Assembly (NCBI GenBank): GCA_050298595.1 | Contig: JBNKUM010000031.1 | Span: 1 to 10,595 of the forward strand | DNA from: Gammaproteobacteria bacterium | GTDB lineage: Bacteria; Pseudomonadota; Gammaproteobacteria; GCA-001735895 | DNA: 10,595 nt | Direction: 5' to 3' | Part shown: positions 1 to 7,145 of the stretch, piece after piece | How the letters are laid out: every line of letters begins with the position of its first letter | Position numbering within the stretch: the first letter of the stretch is position 1 | Notes under the pieces: generated by a model | The model's input: the letters and a program-made list of their open reading frames with translations, nothing else | Told to the model about the DNA's origin: nothing | Databases searched by the model: none | Program-made: the position numbers and the translations under genes

Positions 1-1
1 G

Positions 2-139
2 GCTGATAATTATGAAGAAGCAAAACAAAAGTGGAGAGTGTTCGAGCAATATCAGAGCGATTGTCTGCCAATCAGTGAAGAGCTATTGGAAGAGTTTGCG
101 CCCTTGAGGCAGAAGGTGATCAATTTTGGCTTACAGTAA
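2..139 (+). CDS. 3' end of a hypothetical protein (5'-truncated by the window), probable integron gene-cassette ORF
   Basis: Open frame from position 2 (ADNYEEAKQKWRVFEQYQSDCLPISEELLEEFAPLRQKVINFGLQ) to TAA at 137-139. The stop lies 3 nt before an attC R'' box, as is typical of cassettes. No family recognised. Confidence 0.7.
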   Translation, partial: ADNYEEAKQKWRVFEQYQSDCLPISEELLEEFAPLRQKVINFGLQ

Positions 140-142
140 AAC

Positions 143-199
143 ACATAACAAGGCAATGTTGCGGATTCGCTACGCTCACCGCAAATTGCGACGTTATCG
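143..199 (+). mobile_element. Integron attC recombination site
   Basis: R'' ACATAAC (143-149) and R' GTTATCG (193-199). Folds as ATAAC/GTTAT, unpaired spacer AAG/GAC, GCAAT/ATTGC, extrahelical G158, TTGCGG/CCGCAA, extrahelical A165, T166/A178, and terminal region TCGCTACGCTC. Length 57 bp. Confidence 0.88.
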
Positions 200-234
200 C
201 CCGTTCGTTTTTGGGGACTAAAAAAGACAATTTA

Positions 235-309
235 AACCACAGAGGACACAGAGTTTGCAAAGCATGAATAGACATATCTTCCTCCTTGATCTTCGTGCCC
301 TTCGTGGTT
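235..309. repeat. REP-like imperfect inverted repeat (AACCACAGAGGACACAGAG ... CTTCGTGCCCTTCGTGGTT)
   Basis: 19-nt arms at 235-253 and 291-309 pair at 16/19 positions counting G-T wobbles. Each arm has an internal CAC(AG/GA)AG periodicity. Resembles a dispersed bacterial repeat I recall near GxxExxY genes (not verified). Confidence 0.6.
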
Positions 310-320
310 AAAAATTAAAT

Positions 321-1439
321 ATGCAACTATCCAACGAAGACAACCTGCGATTAAACGTGCTGCTGGCTCAGGATCTTAAAGCCGTGCGCATTGATGAATC
401 AAAAATGATTGTCTATGCATTGACTGCAAAAGGCGATGTCAAGGTTCAGCTGAACCCCACCTGCAAGGATGAAAAGTACATCAAGATCGTGAAGGAATTG
501 CTATCCAGCAAGATTATGGGCTCACCCGGTGGATATCCAGTTTACATCAAACGCTGGACACGCATGGGTCAGGAACGCCGTGAAGAGAGTCTTGCACAAT
601 TACTCCTGCTCGGTGAACCTGAAGCCGTAGTGGCGGTGGTGCATGCGCCCAACCTGTCACCAGAGATTGCCCAGCATGCCTGGTGGGCTTATCCATCAGC
701 GGATAATGCTCGACGCTTGCTGGAAAAAAAAGAGATAGCGGAGTCAACTCTGGCACGAGAACTGGCCGAATTTCTGCTGGAGTTTCTGCCATTTGAGGTG
801 GAACACCGGGATATGATTGACTCGGTACGACTCTGCCTGCAGCCGCAGTTATTCAAACCCGAAGAGGTAGAAGATTTATGGAAGCGGGCAAAACGTAAGC
901 AAAGCCTGTATGTCGGGTTTTTACATAGCATGCCGGATGATTTGCCTGAAACAGTACCCGAGCATGTCAGATATGCTGAGTTACTCGCTACGCTAAATCC
1001 GCTCATCGAAGTGGGCAATGCTTACGCATTACAGCTTAAGCGTTACTACAGCGCCGCAGGACAGGCTTTTCTCAAAACCGTAAACCAGGTTATCGACAAA
1101 GCGGCGAGTCAGGAAACAATTGTTTCAATGTTCCATGCTATTAGCGCTTATCATGCTGAATTACCATTATCGGCAATCAAGCAACGAGATTTTTCAGAAG
1201 CAGAAACAATGGCCAATAACTGTTTAATTGAAAGCAGCGATGAGCAATTACAGGCCTGTATTAGGTTGGCTGGGCAATATCAGGATCAAATCCGAGCTAT
1301 GCTGATACTCGCGCAGATGGGCGAAGTGACACTCAACCCGATTTTTGGAGTTTCTGATGCATTGGGTTCGGTGATGCGTAAAAAATTAAAACCGCTAACA
1401 GACCCTTTGCAGGGTCAAATCAACATTCTGTTATCGTAA
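321..1439 (+). CDS. dsrS: DsrS, accessory protein of the reverse-Dsr sulfur oxidation system
   Basis: 372 aa. The N-terminus LSNEDNLRLNVLL..AVRIDES.M.VY.L, the motif GSPGGYPVYIKRWTRMGQ..ESL.QLLLLGEPEAVVAV, AWWA....NARR.L and the C-terminal DALGSVMRKKLKP match DsrS of Allochromatium-type sulfur oxidisers as I recall it. Confidence 0.85.
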   Translation: MQLSNEDNLRLNVLLAQDLKAVRIDESKMIVYALTAKGDVKVQLNPTCKDEKYIKIVKELLSSKIMGSPGGYPVYIKRWTRMGQERREESLAQLLLLGEPEAVVAVVHAPNLSPEIAQHAWWAYPSADNARRLLEKKEIAESTLARELAEFLLEFLPFEVEHRDMIDSVRLCLQPQLFKPEEVEDLWKRAKRKQSLYVGFLHSMPDDLPETVPEHVRYAELLATLNPLIEVGNAYALQLKRYYSAAGQAFLKTVNQVIDKAASQETIVSMFHAISAYHAELPLSAIKQRDFSEAETMANNCLIESSDEQLQACIRLAGQYQDQIRAMLILAQMGEVTLNPIFGVSDALGSVMRKKLKPLTDPLQGQINILLS

Positions 1440-1447
1440 CATTTGGA

Positions 1448-1476
1448 GCTCCAGCAATACCCGTTGGAGTTTTATT
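1448..1476 (+). terminator. Probable rho-independent terminator after dsrS
   Basis: Stem GCTCCAGC (1448-1455) / GTTGGAGT (1463-1470) with two G-T pairs and a 7-nt loop, followed by TTTATT. Starts 8 nt after the dsrS stop. Confidence 0.55.
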
Positions 1477-1504
1477 GGTTGTTATAGTAAAGATTCTCTA
1501 TAAT
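1475..1504 (+). promoter_or_regulatory. Possible sigma70 promoter for cysG
   Basis: Perfect TATAAT at 1499-1504, 32 nt before the ATG. Only a weak -35 (TTGGTT 1475-1480, 18-nt spacer). Confidence 0.3.
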
Positions 1505-1536
1505 GAATCGCTTATATAGAGGCAGTAGACCCGTAC

Positions 1537-2937
1537 ATGAATTATCTTCCTATCTTTTTTAATATTCGCGATAAACTCTGCATTGTTGTTGGTGCTGGCG
1601 GTATTGCTGCTCGTAAGGCCGATCTACTCTACTCTGCAGGTGCACTGGTAACCGTCATCTCACCCGAGCTTGGGCAGGAGATGTCGCAATTTCACAAGGA
1701 ATCTAAAATTCAATGGATAGAGCGCGAATATCAATCCGGTGATTTGAAAGACGCGCATCTGGTGGTGGCTTCGACAGATAATGAAAGCGTTAACCGACGC
1801 GTCGCCGAAGAAGCCGAGGCACTCAAAATTCCCTGCAATGTGGTCGATCATGCTGATCTGGGCAGTTATATCATGCCTTCTATTATCAATCGCGACCCGG
1901 TACAGATCGCGGTTTCGACTGGCGGAGCATCTCCGGTACTGGCGCGCCTTATACGAACCAATCTTGAAAGTTGCACGCCATCTGCCTATGGCAAACTTGC
2001 AAAGTTGGTGGAGTCTTACCGTGAATCAGTAAAACAGACATTTCCACGGGTAGAAGAGCGTCGCAAGTTCTGGGAATCGATTCTTGAAGGCCCGGTATCA
2101 GAGCATGTGTTTGCCGGTCGCAATGATGATGCGCGCCAGTTGCTTGAAAAGCTGATCGCAGAGGCCAGTTCAGACCCCAGTTATACCGGCGAGGTATTTC
2201 TGGTCGGTGCGGGACCGGGTGACCCTGATCTACTGACTTTTCGTGCCTTGCGCCTGATGCAAAAGGCAGATGTGATTGTATATGACCGACTGGTCTCTGG
2301 CCCTATTATGGATCTGGTACGGCGCGATGCAGAGCGCATTTATGCAGGTAAAGAACGTTCAAACCACGCCATTCCACAGGAAAATATCAACCAGCTACTG
2401 GTTCGCCTGGCCAAACAAGGAAAGCGGGTATTACGCCTGAAAGGGGGGGATAACTTCATCTTCGGACGTGGTGGTGAAGAGATATCAGAATTGATCGATG
2501 AGGGCGTACCGTTTCAGGTAGTACCGGGTATCACGGCAGCCTCGGGTTGTACCACCTATGCAGGCATCCCGCTAACACATCGAGACTTCGCTCAGGCCTG
2601 TATCTTTGTGACCGGACACCTCAAAGATGGTAGCAGTGATTTGAACTGGGATATGTTGTCGCATGCCAACCAGACGGTCGTTTTCTATATGGGCCTGAAT
2701 AATGTGCAGGCGATCTGTGAAAACCTGAAGCAGCATGGACGAGATGAAGGCACTCCCGCAGCCCTGATCGAAAAAGGTACCACACCTGATCAACGTGTTT
2801 TCATTGGTGACCTGAATACCTTACCAGCACTGGTACAGCAAAATGATGTAAAAGCACCAACCCTGATTGTGGTCGGAGAAGTCGTTGAGCTACATAAAAA
2901 GCTGCACTGGTTTAAACCGGGTGAAGAAATCAAGTAA
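1537..2937 (+). CDS. cysG: Multifunctional siroheme synthase (precorrin-2 dehydrogenase/ferrochelatase plus uroporphyrinogen-III C-methyltransferase)
   Basis: 466 aa. N-terminal MNYLPIF and NAD-binding VVGAGGIAARK, CNVVD, AVSTGGASPVLAR, RRKFWE. Methyltransferase motifs LVGAGPGDPDLLT, YDRLVS, RLKGGDxFIFGRGGEE, VVPGITAA, YAGIPLTHR. GAGG RBS-like sequence upstream. Confidence 0.96.
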   Translation: MNYLPIFFNIRDKLCIVVGAGGIAARKADLLYSAGALVTVISPELGQEMSQFHKESKIQWIEREYQSGDLKDAHLVVASTDNESVNRRVAEEAEALKIPCNVVDHADLGSYIMPSIINRDPVQIAVSTGGASPVLARLIRTNLESCTPSAYGKLAKLVESYRESVKQTFPRVEERRKFWESILEGPVSEHVFAGRNDDARQLLEKLIAEASSDPSYTGEVFLVGAGPGDPDLLTFRALRLMQKADVIVYDRLVSGPIMDLVRRDAERIYAGKERSNHAIPQENINQLLVRLAKQGKRVLRLKGGDNFIFGRGGEEISELIDEGVPFQVVPGITAASGCTTYAGIPLTHRDFAQACIFVTGHLKDGSSDLNWDMLSHANQTVVFYMGLNNVQAICENLKQHGRDEGTPAALIEKGTTPDQRVFIGDLNTLPALVQQNDVKAPTLIVVGEVVELHKKLHWFKPGEEIK

Positions 2938-3047
2938 AGATCTGTGGCTGTTATGTTTTTTTGATCGTATTTTAATAATTCCTGCACTATAACTGACCCT
3001 ATCTGAGTTATGATGTGACACAAGATTTCAATCAAATCTATGAGCGC

Positions 3048-3602
3048 ATGCTAACTAGATACCTGAAACGATTAAAAGGGCAGGGTATTAAAAGCCCTCC
3101 CATTCATCCCTTTAGCTGGATGCTGTGGTCATGGCTTGGTGCTTTTGCAGGCATTCTGGGAGCCGCCCTGATCAATCGCTTTCTACCGCTAACCCCTTAT
3201 GATCAGGTACTCCTTATTGGGTCATTTGGAGCATCTGCTGTCCTCATCTATGGAACACCTCATGCTTTTTATGCGCAACCCAGAAACCTGATTGGCGGTC
3301 ATCTAATCGCAGCAGTAGTGGGTGTTTGGGTGACGCAAACTCTGGATTTTTCCATAGAGGTTCAAGGCGCAATATCCGTAGCCACAGCAATATTTTTCAT
3401 GCATCTCACTAAAACCCTGCATCCACCAGGCGGGGCAACCGCATTGATCGCTGTCGTTGGTAGTGACAGTATCCAGCAACTGGGTTACTGGTACGTACTC
3501 CAACCGGTAATGTCTGGAGTTTTTATGATGTTGCTGGTTGCACTACTAATTAATAACCTGTCATCTAATCCTGAGCGACATTATCCCAGATACTGGCTGT
3601 AG
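3048..3602 (+). CDS. HPP family integral membrane protein
   Basis: Motifs IGSFGASAVLIYG.P...AQPRNLIGGH and TKTLHPPGGATAL with 4-5 hydrophobic helices. ATG 3048 preferred because homologues begin near Y..R.KG; GTG 3015 is the alternative start. Confidence 0.92.
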   Translation: MLTRYLKRLKGQGIKSPPIHPFSWMLWSWLGAFAGILGAALINRFLPLTPYDQVLLIGSFGASAVLIYGTPHAFYAQPRNLIGGHLIAAVVGVWVTQTLDFSIEVQGAISVATAIFFMHLTKTLHPPGGATALIAVVGSDSIQQLGYWYVLQPVMSGVFMMLLVALLINNLSSNPERHYPRYWL

Positions 3603-3731
3603 AGATACTTCAATTCAAGACCAATGAAAAAACTGGACTATTGATTGAACCAGGATTCCGCACAGCAATAGATTCAACCAGAACCATTGGTCTATAATTG
3701 TGTGCATTGGATCTGTTAGGTAGAGACATTT

Positions 3732-4703
3732 ATGTTTTGTGCTAGAAGAAAGATGGGATTGCTAAACTTGAGCAGTTTTTTATTCTTATTTTTAGGCACT
3801 GGCAATGTATCTTCCGATACTGCCAAAGTGCTTTTTATCAATTCCTATCATCCGGGTTATGAGTGGAGTGATGGTGTCGAGGAAGGGCTCGAGGATGAAC
3901 TTGCAGGACATGCAGTGCAATTACAAAAATTCTACATGGATAGCAAGCGCAAACGCTCTGCCGAAGAGATCTCGGCTGCTGCCAGAGCTGCGCGGGAATT
4001 GATCCAGTCAACCCAGCCGGATGTTGTGATCACCTCCGATGATAATGCGGCTAAGCATGTGATTCAGCGCTATTTCAGGGATTCACTGATTCCCTTCGTA
4101 TTTACCGGGGTCAATTGGGATGCGTCTATCTATGGATTCCCTTCTCGCAATGTGACCGGTATGGAAGAGGTTTCCCTGATTAAGTCAATTGTTAAGCAGC
4201 TGCGCGCCTATGCCAAAGGAGATTCAATTGGTCTGATCTCAATTGATGCAATTTCGGGTAGAAGAAACGCGGAATATTTTGAAAAACAACTGAATCGACG
4301 CTTTGATCAAACCTTCTATGTCAAAAGTTTCGCTGAATGGAAGCAAAAAATTGTTGAGTTGCAGAGCCTGGTCGATATGGTCATTCTCGAAAACCCGAAA
4401 GGAATTAGCGGCTGGGATAATAAAATGGGACTAACTTTTCTGCAGGAAAATACGCGGGTGCCAATAGGAACCACGCATGTCTGGTTGGCGCCATATGCTT
4501 TACTAACAATCGCCAAAATTCCGCAAGAGCAGGGACGTTGGGCTGCACGAACCGTACAACGAATCCTGCAAGGTACTAAACCCGGCGATATTCCTATTGT
4601 GCAAAATAAGGAAGGGAGGTTGTATATTAATTTGAATATAGGGCAAAGGCTGGGGGTGATTTTTACACCGGAACTGATTAAAACAGCCACCATAATTCGC
4701 TAA
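3732..4703 (+). CDS. Periplasmic ABC-type substrate-binding-fold protein (ABC_sub_bind-like), probable accessory sensor
   Basis: 323 aa with a signal-peptide-like N-terminus. Motifs KVLFINSYHPGYEWSDG, YMDSKR, PDVVITSDDNA, PFVFTGVN, NVTGMEE, EQGRWAA..V.RIL.G..P..IPI. No permease or ATPase gene adjacent. Confidence 0.8.
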   Translation: MFCARRKMGLLNLSSFLFLFLGTGNVSSDTAKVLFINSYHPGYEWSDGVEEGLEDELAGHAVQLQKFYMDSKRKRSAEEISAAARAARELIQSTQPDVVITSDDNAAKHVIQRYFRDSLIPFVFTGVNWDASIYGFPSRNVTGMEEVSLIKSIVKQLRAYAKGDSIGLISIDAISGRRNAEYFEKQLNRRFDQTFYVKSFAEWKQKIVELQSLVDMVILENPKGISGWDNKMGLTFLQENTRVPIGTTHVWLAPYALLTIAKIPQEQGRWAARTVQRILQGTKPGDIPIVQNKEGRLYINLNIGQRLGVIFTPELIKTATIIR

Positions 4704-4738
4704 TTGAAGGAACTACATTAAAAACCATACACAAGGCT

Positions 4739-6688
4739 ATGAAAATACAGACAAAATTTAGTCTATATCAGGCGATCATTCTGGCGCTGATGGGAAGTGC
4801 ACTGGTATTCAACGGTTACTGGATGATCAGTCGAATTATTTTTCAACAGTACGAACAAAAACTGGAGCATAAACTGGAAGATGTCATTACTGAAGTTAAA
4901 GATGCCTACAGCACGCTGGAGAAAGCCGGTATCCTCGATCTCAGCGCTTATGTTGAAGCGACACAAATACGTCTGATTGACAGCATCAGGAATCAACAAT
5001 TTGGTGATACAGGATTTGTTCAGGTTTTTGATGCTGATGGACATCTGATAACTGCATCCGAGCATTCAGGCGCAGACCAGATTCCAGTAAAACAGATTTT
5101 GATGCAAACCTCGGGGAAACTCGAATACACTCTGGATGGCAGGGATTATTTCGCCCTGTATGCACCAGCAGGTCATTGGGAATGGACCATATTTATTTCC
5201 ATAGCCGAGCAGGAAATGTTCACCAGTCGCAATGAGTTTCTTTCCTATGTGTCGCTGATAGCGGTGATCATCTTTATTTTACTACTTGGATTAACCCGTT
5301 GGCTTTCTTCTAGCACTTCTCGTCGTATTAACTTCACGCTAGATACTTTGAAGTTGATGCAGGAGGGAGACTACTCTCAGCGCTTTCAAGGTAACCTGCA
5401 CGATGAAATTGGACGAATTGAACAGGGCATCAACAACCTGATCAGTAAAATTGATGAAGAGATTTCACAGCGAAAACAAATTGAGATGAACCTGCTCGAG
5501 GCTAAAAACAGGGCTGAAATCAATAACAGGATCAAAACCAAATTCCTGTCAGCCATGAGTCATGAGATTCGAACCCCAATGAACGGAGTTATCGGAATGG
5601 TCAGTTTACTTCGTGACACAGAGCTGGATGATGAACAAAGATATTATCTTGAGGTGGTTGAGCAGTCATCAAATACAATGATGCATGTCATCAACGATAT
5701 TCTGGATTTTTCACGTCTTGAATCAGGCGAGTTAAAGCTGAATAGAACCGAGTTTAGTCTTTTTGATCTAGCTAACGAACAGATAAATCTGTTCTCAATC
5801 AACGCCGAGAATAAAAACATCGAGCTAATTGCAGATTTCAATTTCAACCGAGAAGTTGTTTTACTTGGAGACGTAAAACGCATTCGTCAGATTCTCAGCA
5901 ACCTGATCAGTAATGCATTCAAATTTACCGAACAGGGTAGTATCACCTTGGGTATAGTCGTATCAAGCCCGGATGAGAGTGGTGTTTGCCTGGTTCATTT
6001 TGAAGTGGAAGATACCGGTATTGGTGTACCCGAAGATAAACAGTCAGATCTATTTGAGCATTTTGTCCAGGCTGATGCGACAGTCATACGCAAGTACGGA
6101 GGCACCGGGCTTGGGCTGGCGATTAGCAAGAGCCTGGTAGAAGTCATGCAGGGCAAGATCGGGTTGCGCAGTCAGGAAGGTAAAGGAAGTTGTTTCTGGT
6201 TTGATTTACCTTTACCTGTAGTAAAGTTAAGGCCACAACCCAACAGCGAAACGGCTGCGGCAACAACTGACGAAGCCCCGCAGCTAGAGTCAGCAGGAAA
6301 ATCGATCAATATCCTGGTCGCGGAAGATACGCTGCCCAATCAACTGATCATTCGAATAATATTACAAAAGCTTGGCCATCAGGTAGATATCGCGAAAGAC
6401 GGCGTAGAAGCCACTGAAGCAGTACAAAATGGTAGTTACGACATGGTTTTGATGGATATTCAGATGCCGAACATGGATGGCATCACCGCCTGCCGGGAGA
6501 TCAAGCGACTGGGACCACCATACTCAAATATTCCAATAATCGCGATGACGGCCAATGCAACCAGTGACGATCAGAAGTATTGTTTAGATGCCGGTATGGA
6601 GGATTTTATATCCAAGCCACTTTCACTCAACAAGGTACAAGAAAAACTCGCCAGTTGGGAACAGCGTCTGCAAACTGTATATTCGTAA
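4739..6688 (+). CDS. Membrane-bound hybrid sensor histidine kinase (TM-Cache-like-TM-HAMP-HisKA-HATPase-REC)
   Basis: 649 aa with two TM segments. H-box FLSAMSHEIRTPMNGVIG (His275), N-box QILSNLISNAFKFT, G1 DTGIG, F-box LFEHFVQ, G2 GTGLGL. Receiver domain LVAED / LMDIQMP (Asp573) / IIAMTA / FISKP. No HPt domain. Confidence 0.95.
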   Translation: MKIQTKFSLYQAIILALMGSALVFNGYWMISRIIFQQYEQKLEHKLEDVITEVKDAYSTLEKAGILDLSAYVEATQIRLIDSIRNQQFGDTGFVQVFDADGHLITASEHSGADQIPVKQILMQTSGKLEYTLDGRDYFALYAPAGHWEWTIFISIAEQEMFTSRNEFLSYVSLIAVIIFILLLGLTRWLSSSTSRRINFTLDTLKLMQEGDYSQRFQGNLHDEIGRIEQGINNLISKIDEEISQRKQIEMNLLEAKNRAEINNRIKTKFLSAMSHEIRTPMNGVIGMVSLLRDTELDDEQRYYLEVVEQSSNTMMHVINDILDFSRLESGELKLNRTEFSLFDLANEQINLFSINAENKNIELIADFNFNREVVLLGDVKRIRQILSNLISNAFKFTEQGSITLGIVVSSPDESGVCLVHFEVEDTGIGVPEDKQSDLFEHFVQADATVIRKYGGTGLGLAISKSLVEVMQGKIGLRSQEGKGSCFWFDLPLPVVKLRPQPNSETAAATTDEAPQLESAGKSINILVAEDTLPNQLIIRIILQKLGHQVDIAKDGVEATEAVQNGSYDMVLMDIQMPNMDGITACREIKRLGPPYSNIPIIAMTANATSDDQKYCLDAGMEDFISKPLSLNKVQEKLASWEQRLQTVYS

Positions 6689-6714
6689 ATATAATTTTGG
6701 ATTCACCTTTCTAA

Positions 6715-6808
6715 TGTGGAATAACTCGCTCGCGACATCGTGCTAAATGTAAATAAAGATTTCCAAAAAATGTCATTCAGCATTGCATCGAGCTGGTTAT
6801 GAAACACA
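6715..6808. repeat. Degenerate inverted-repeat element
   Basis: TGTG..ATAAC..GCTCG on the left pairs with CGAGC..GTTAT..CACA on the right. The interior is AT-rich and unpaired. Confidence 0.35.
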
Positions 6809-6840
6809 ACAGTATTAAGCATTTACCGTTTCTTGGCGCA

Positions 6841-6953
6841 TAGATGAGAAGTTCACATAACATCGTCGCGAAATCTGCTATCACGATAGCCTGCACTGCG
6901 TTCCAGTTGCCCCAAGGTTAGGTGGTGTTACTAATGAAGTGAACTCTCATCTA
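6841..6953. repeat. 113-bp MITE-like element with terminal inverted repeats
   Basis: TAGATGAGAAGTTCAC (6841-6856) and GTGAACTCTCATCTA (6939-6953) are complementary apart from one extra A. Inner TAACATC/GGTGTTA pairing and a central palindrome GCTATC-AC-GATAGC (6877-6890). Confidence 0.6.
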
Positions 6954-7145
6954 AGAACCTGATTTCCAGGTACAGCGGTATTTTTAGAAGGTGATGCTCC
7001 CAGCTTAAAAAAAGCAGGATGAGATATTGAAAGATATCCCAAATTGAAGTTAGCAAAGCTATCGCATTGCGGATGTGCTAGTGGGTAACGGGTTTCAACG
7101 GGTATACTCGATGTAATGCAACCTTCTACGATTGGGTAGATATCA

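Noticed and set aside
547-2793. Antisense and alternate-frame ORFs inside dsrS and cysG (547-792, 689-1018, 1660-1851, 1781-2032, 2572-2793)
   Set aside because: Fully overlap well-supported genes and show no recognisable motifs; shadow ORFs.
3638-3698. Short dyads (CTATTG/CAATAG) and a TATAAT upstream of the binding-protein gene; FNR box considered
   Set aside because: Arms are only 6 nt, there is no TTGAT-N4-ATCAA match and no convincing -35.
2790-5883. Short ORFs at 2790-3035, 3303-3503, 3805-4002, 4316-4693, 4763-5065, 5644-5883
   Set aside because: Overlap confident CDSs on the opposite strand or another frame, with no family signal.
6721-6803. TAAC...GTTA element considered as an attC
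   Set aside because: Spacer is only 2 nt, no proper L box or extrahelical bases, and the upstream gene is a large kinase. Kept only as a low-confidence repeat.
6960-7145. Possible Na+/Li+ or fluoride riboswitch upstream of the antiporter (GGTGATG near 6990)
   Set aside because: The remaining conserved motifs of the fluoride, nhaA-I and DUF1646 classes could not be found by eye. An Rfam scan would settle it.
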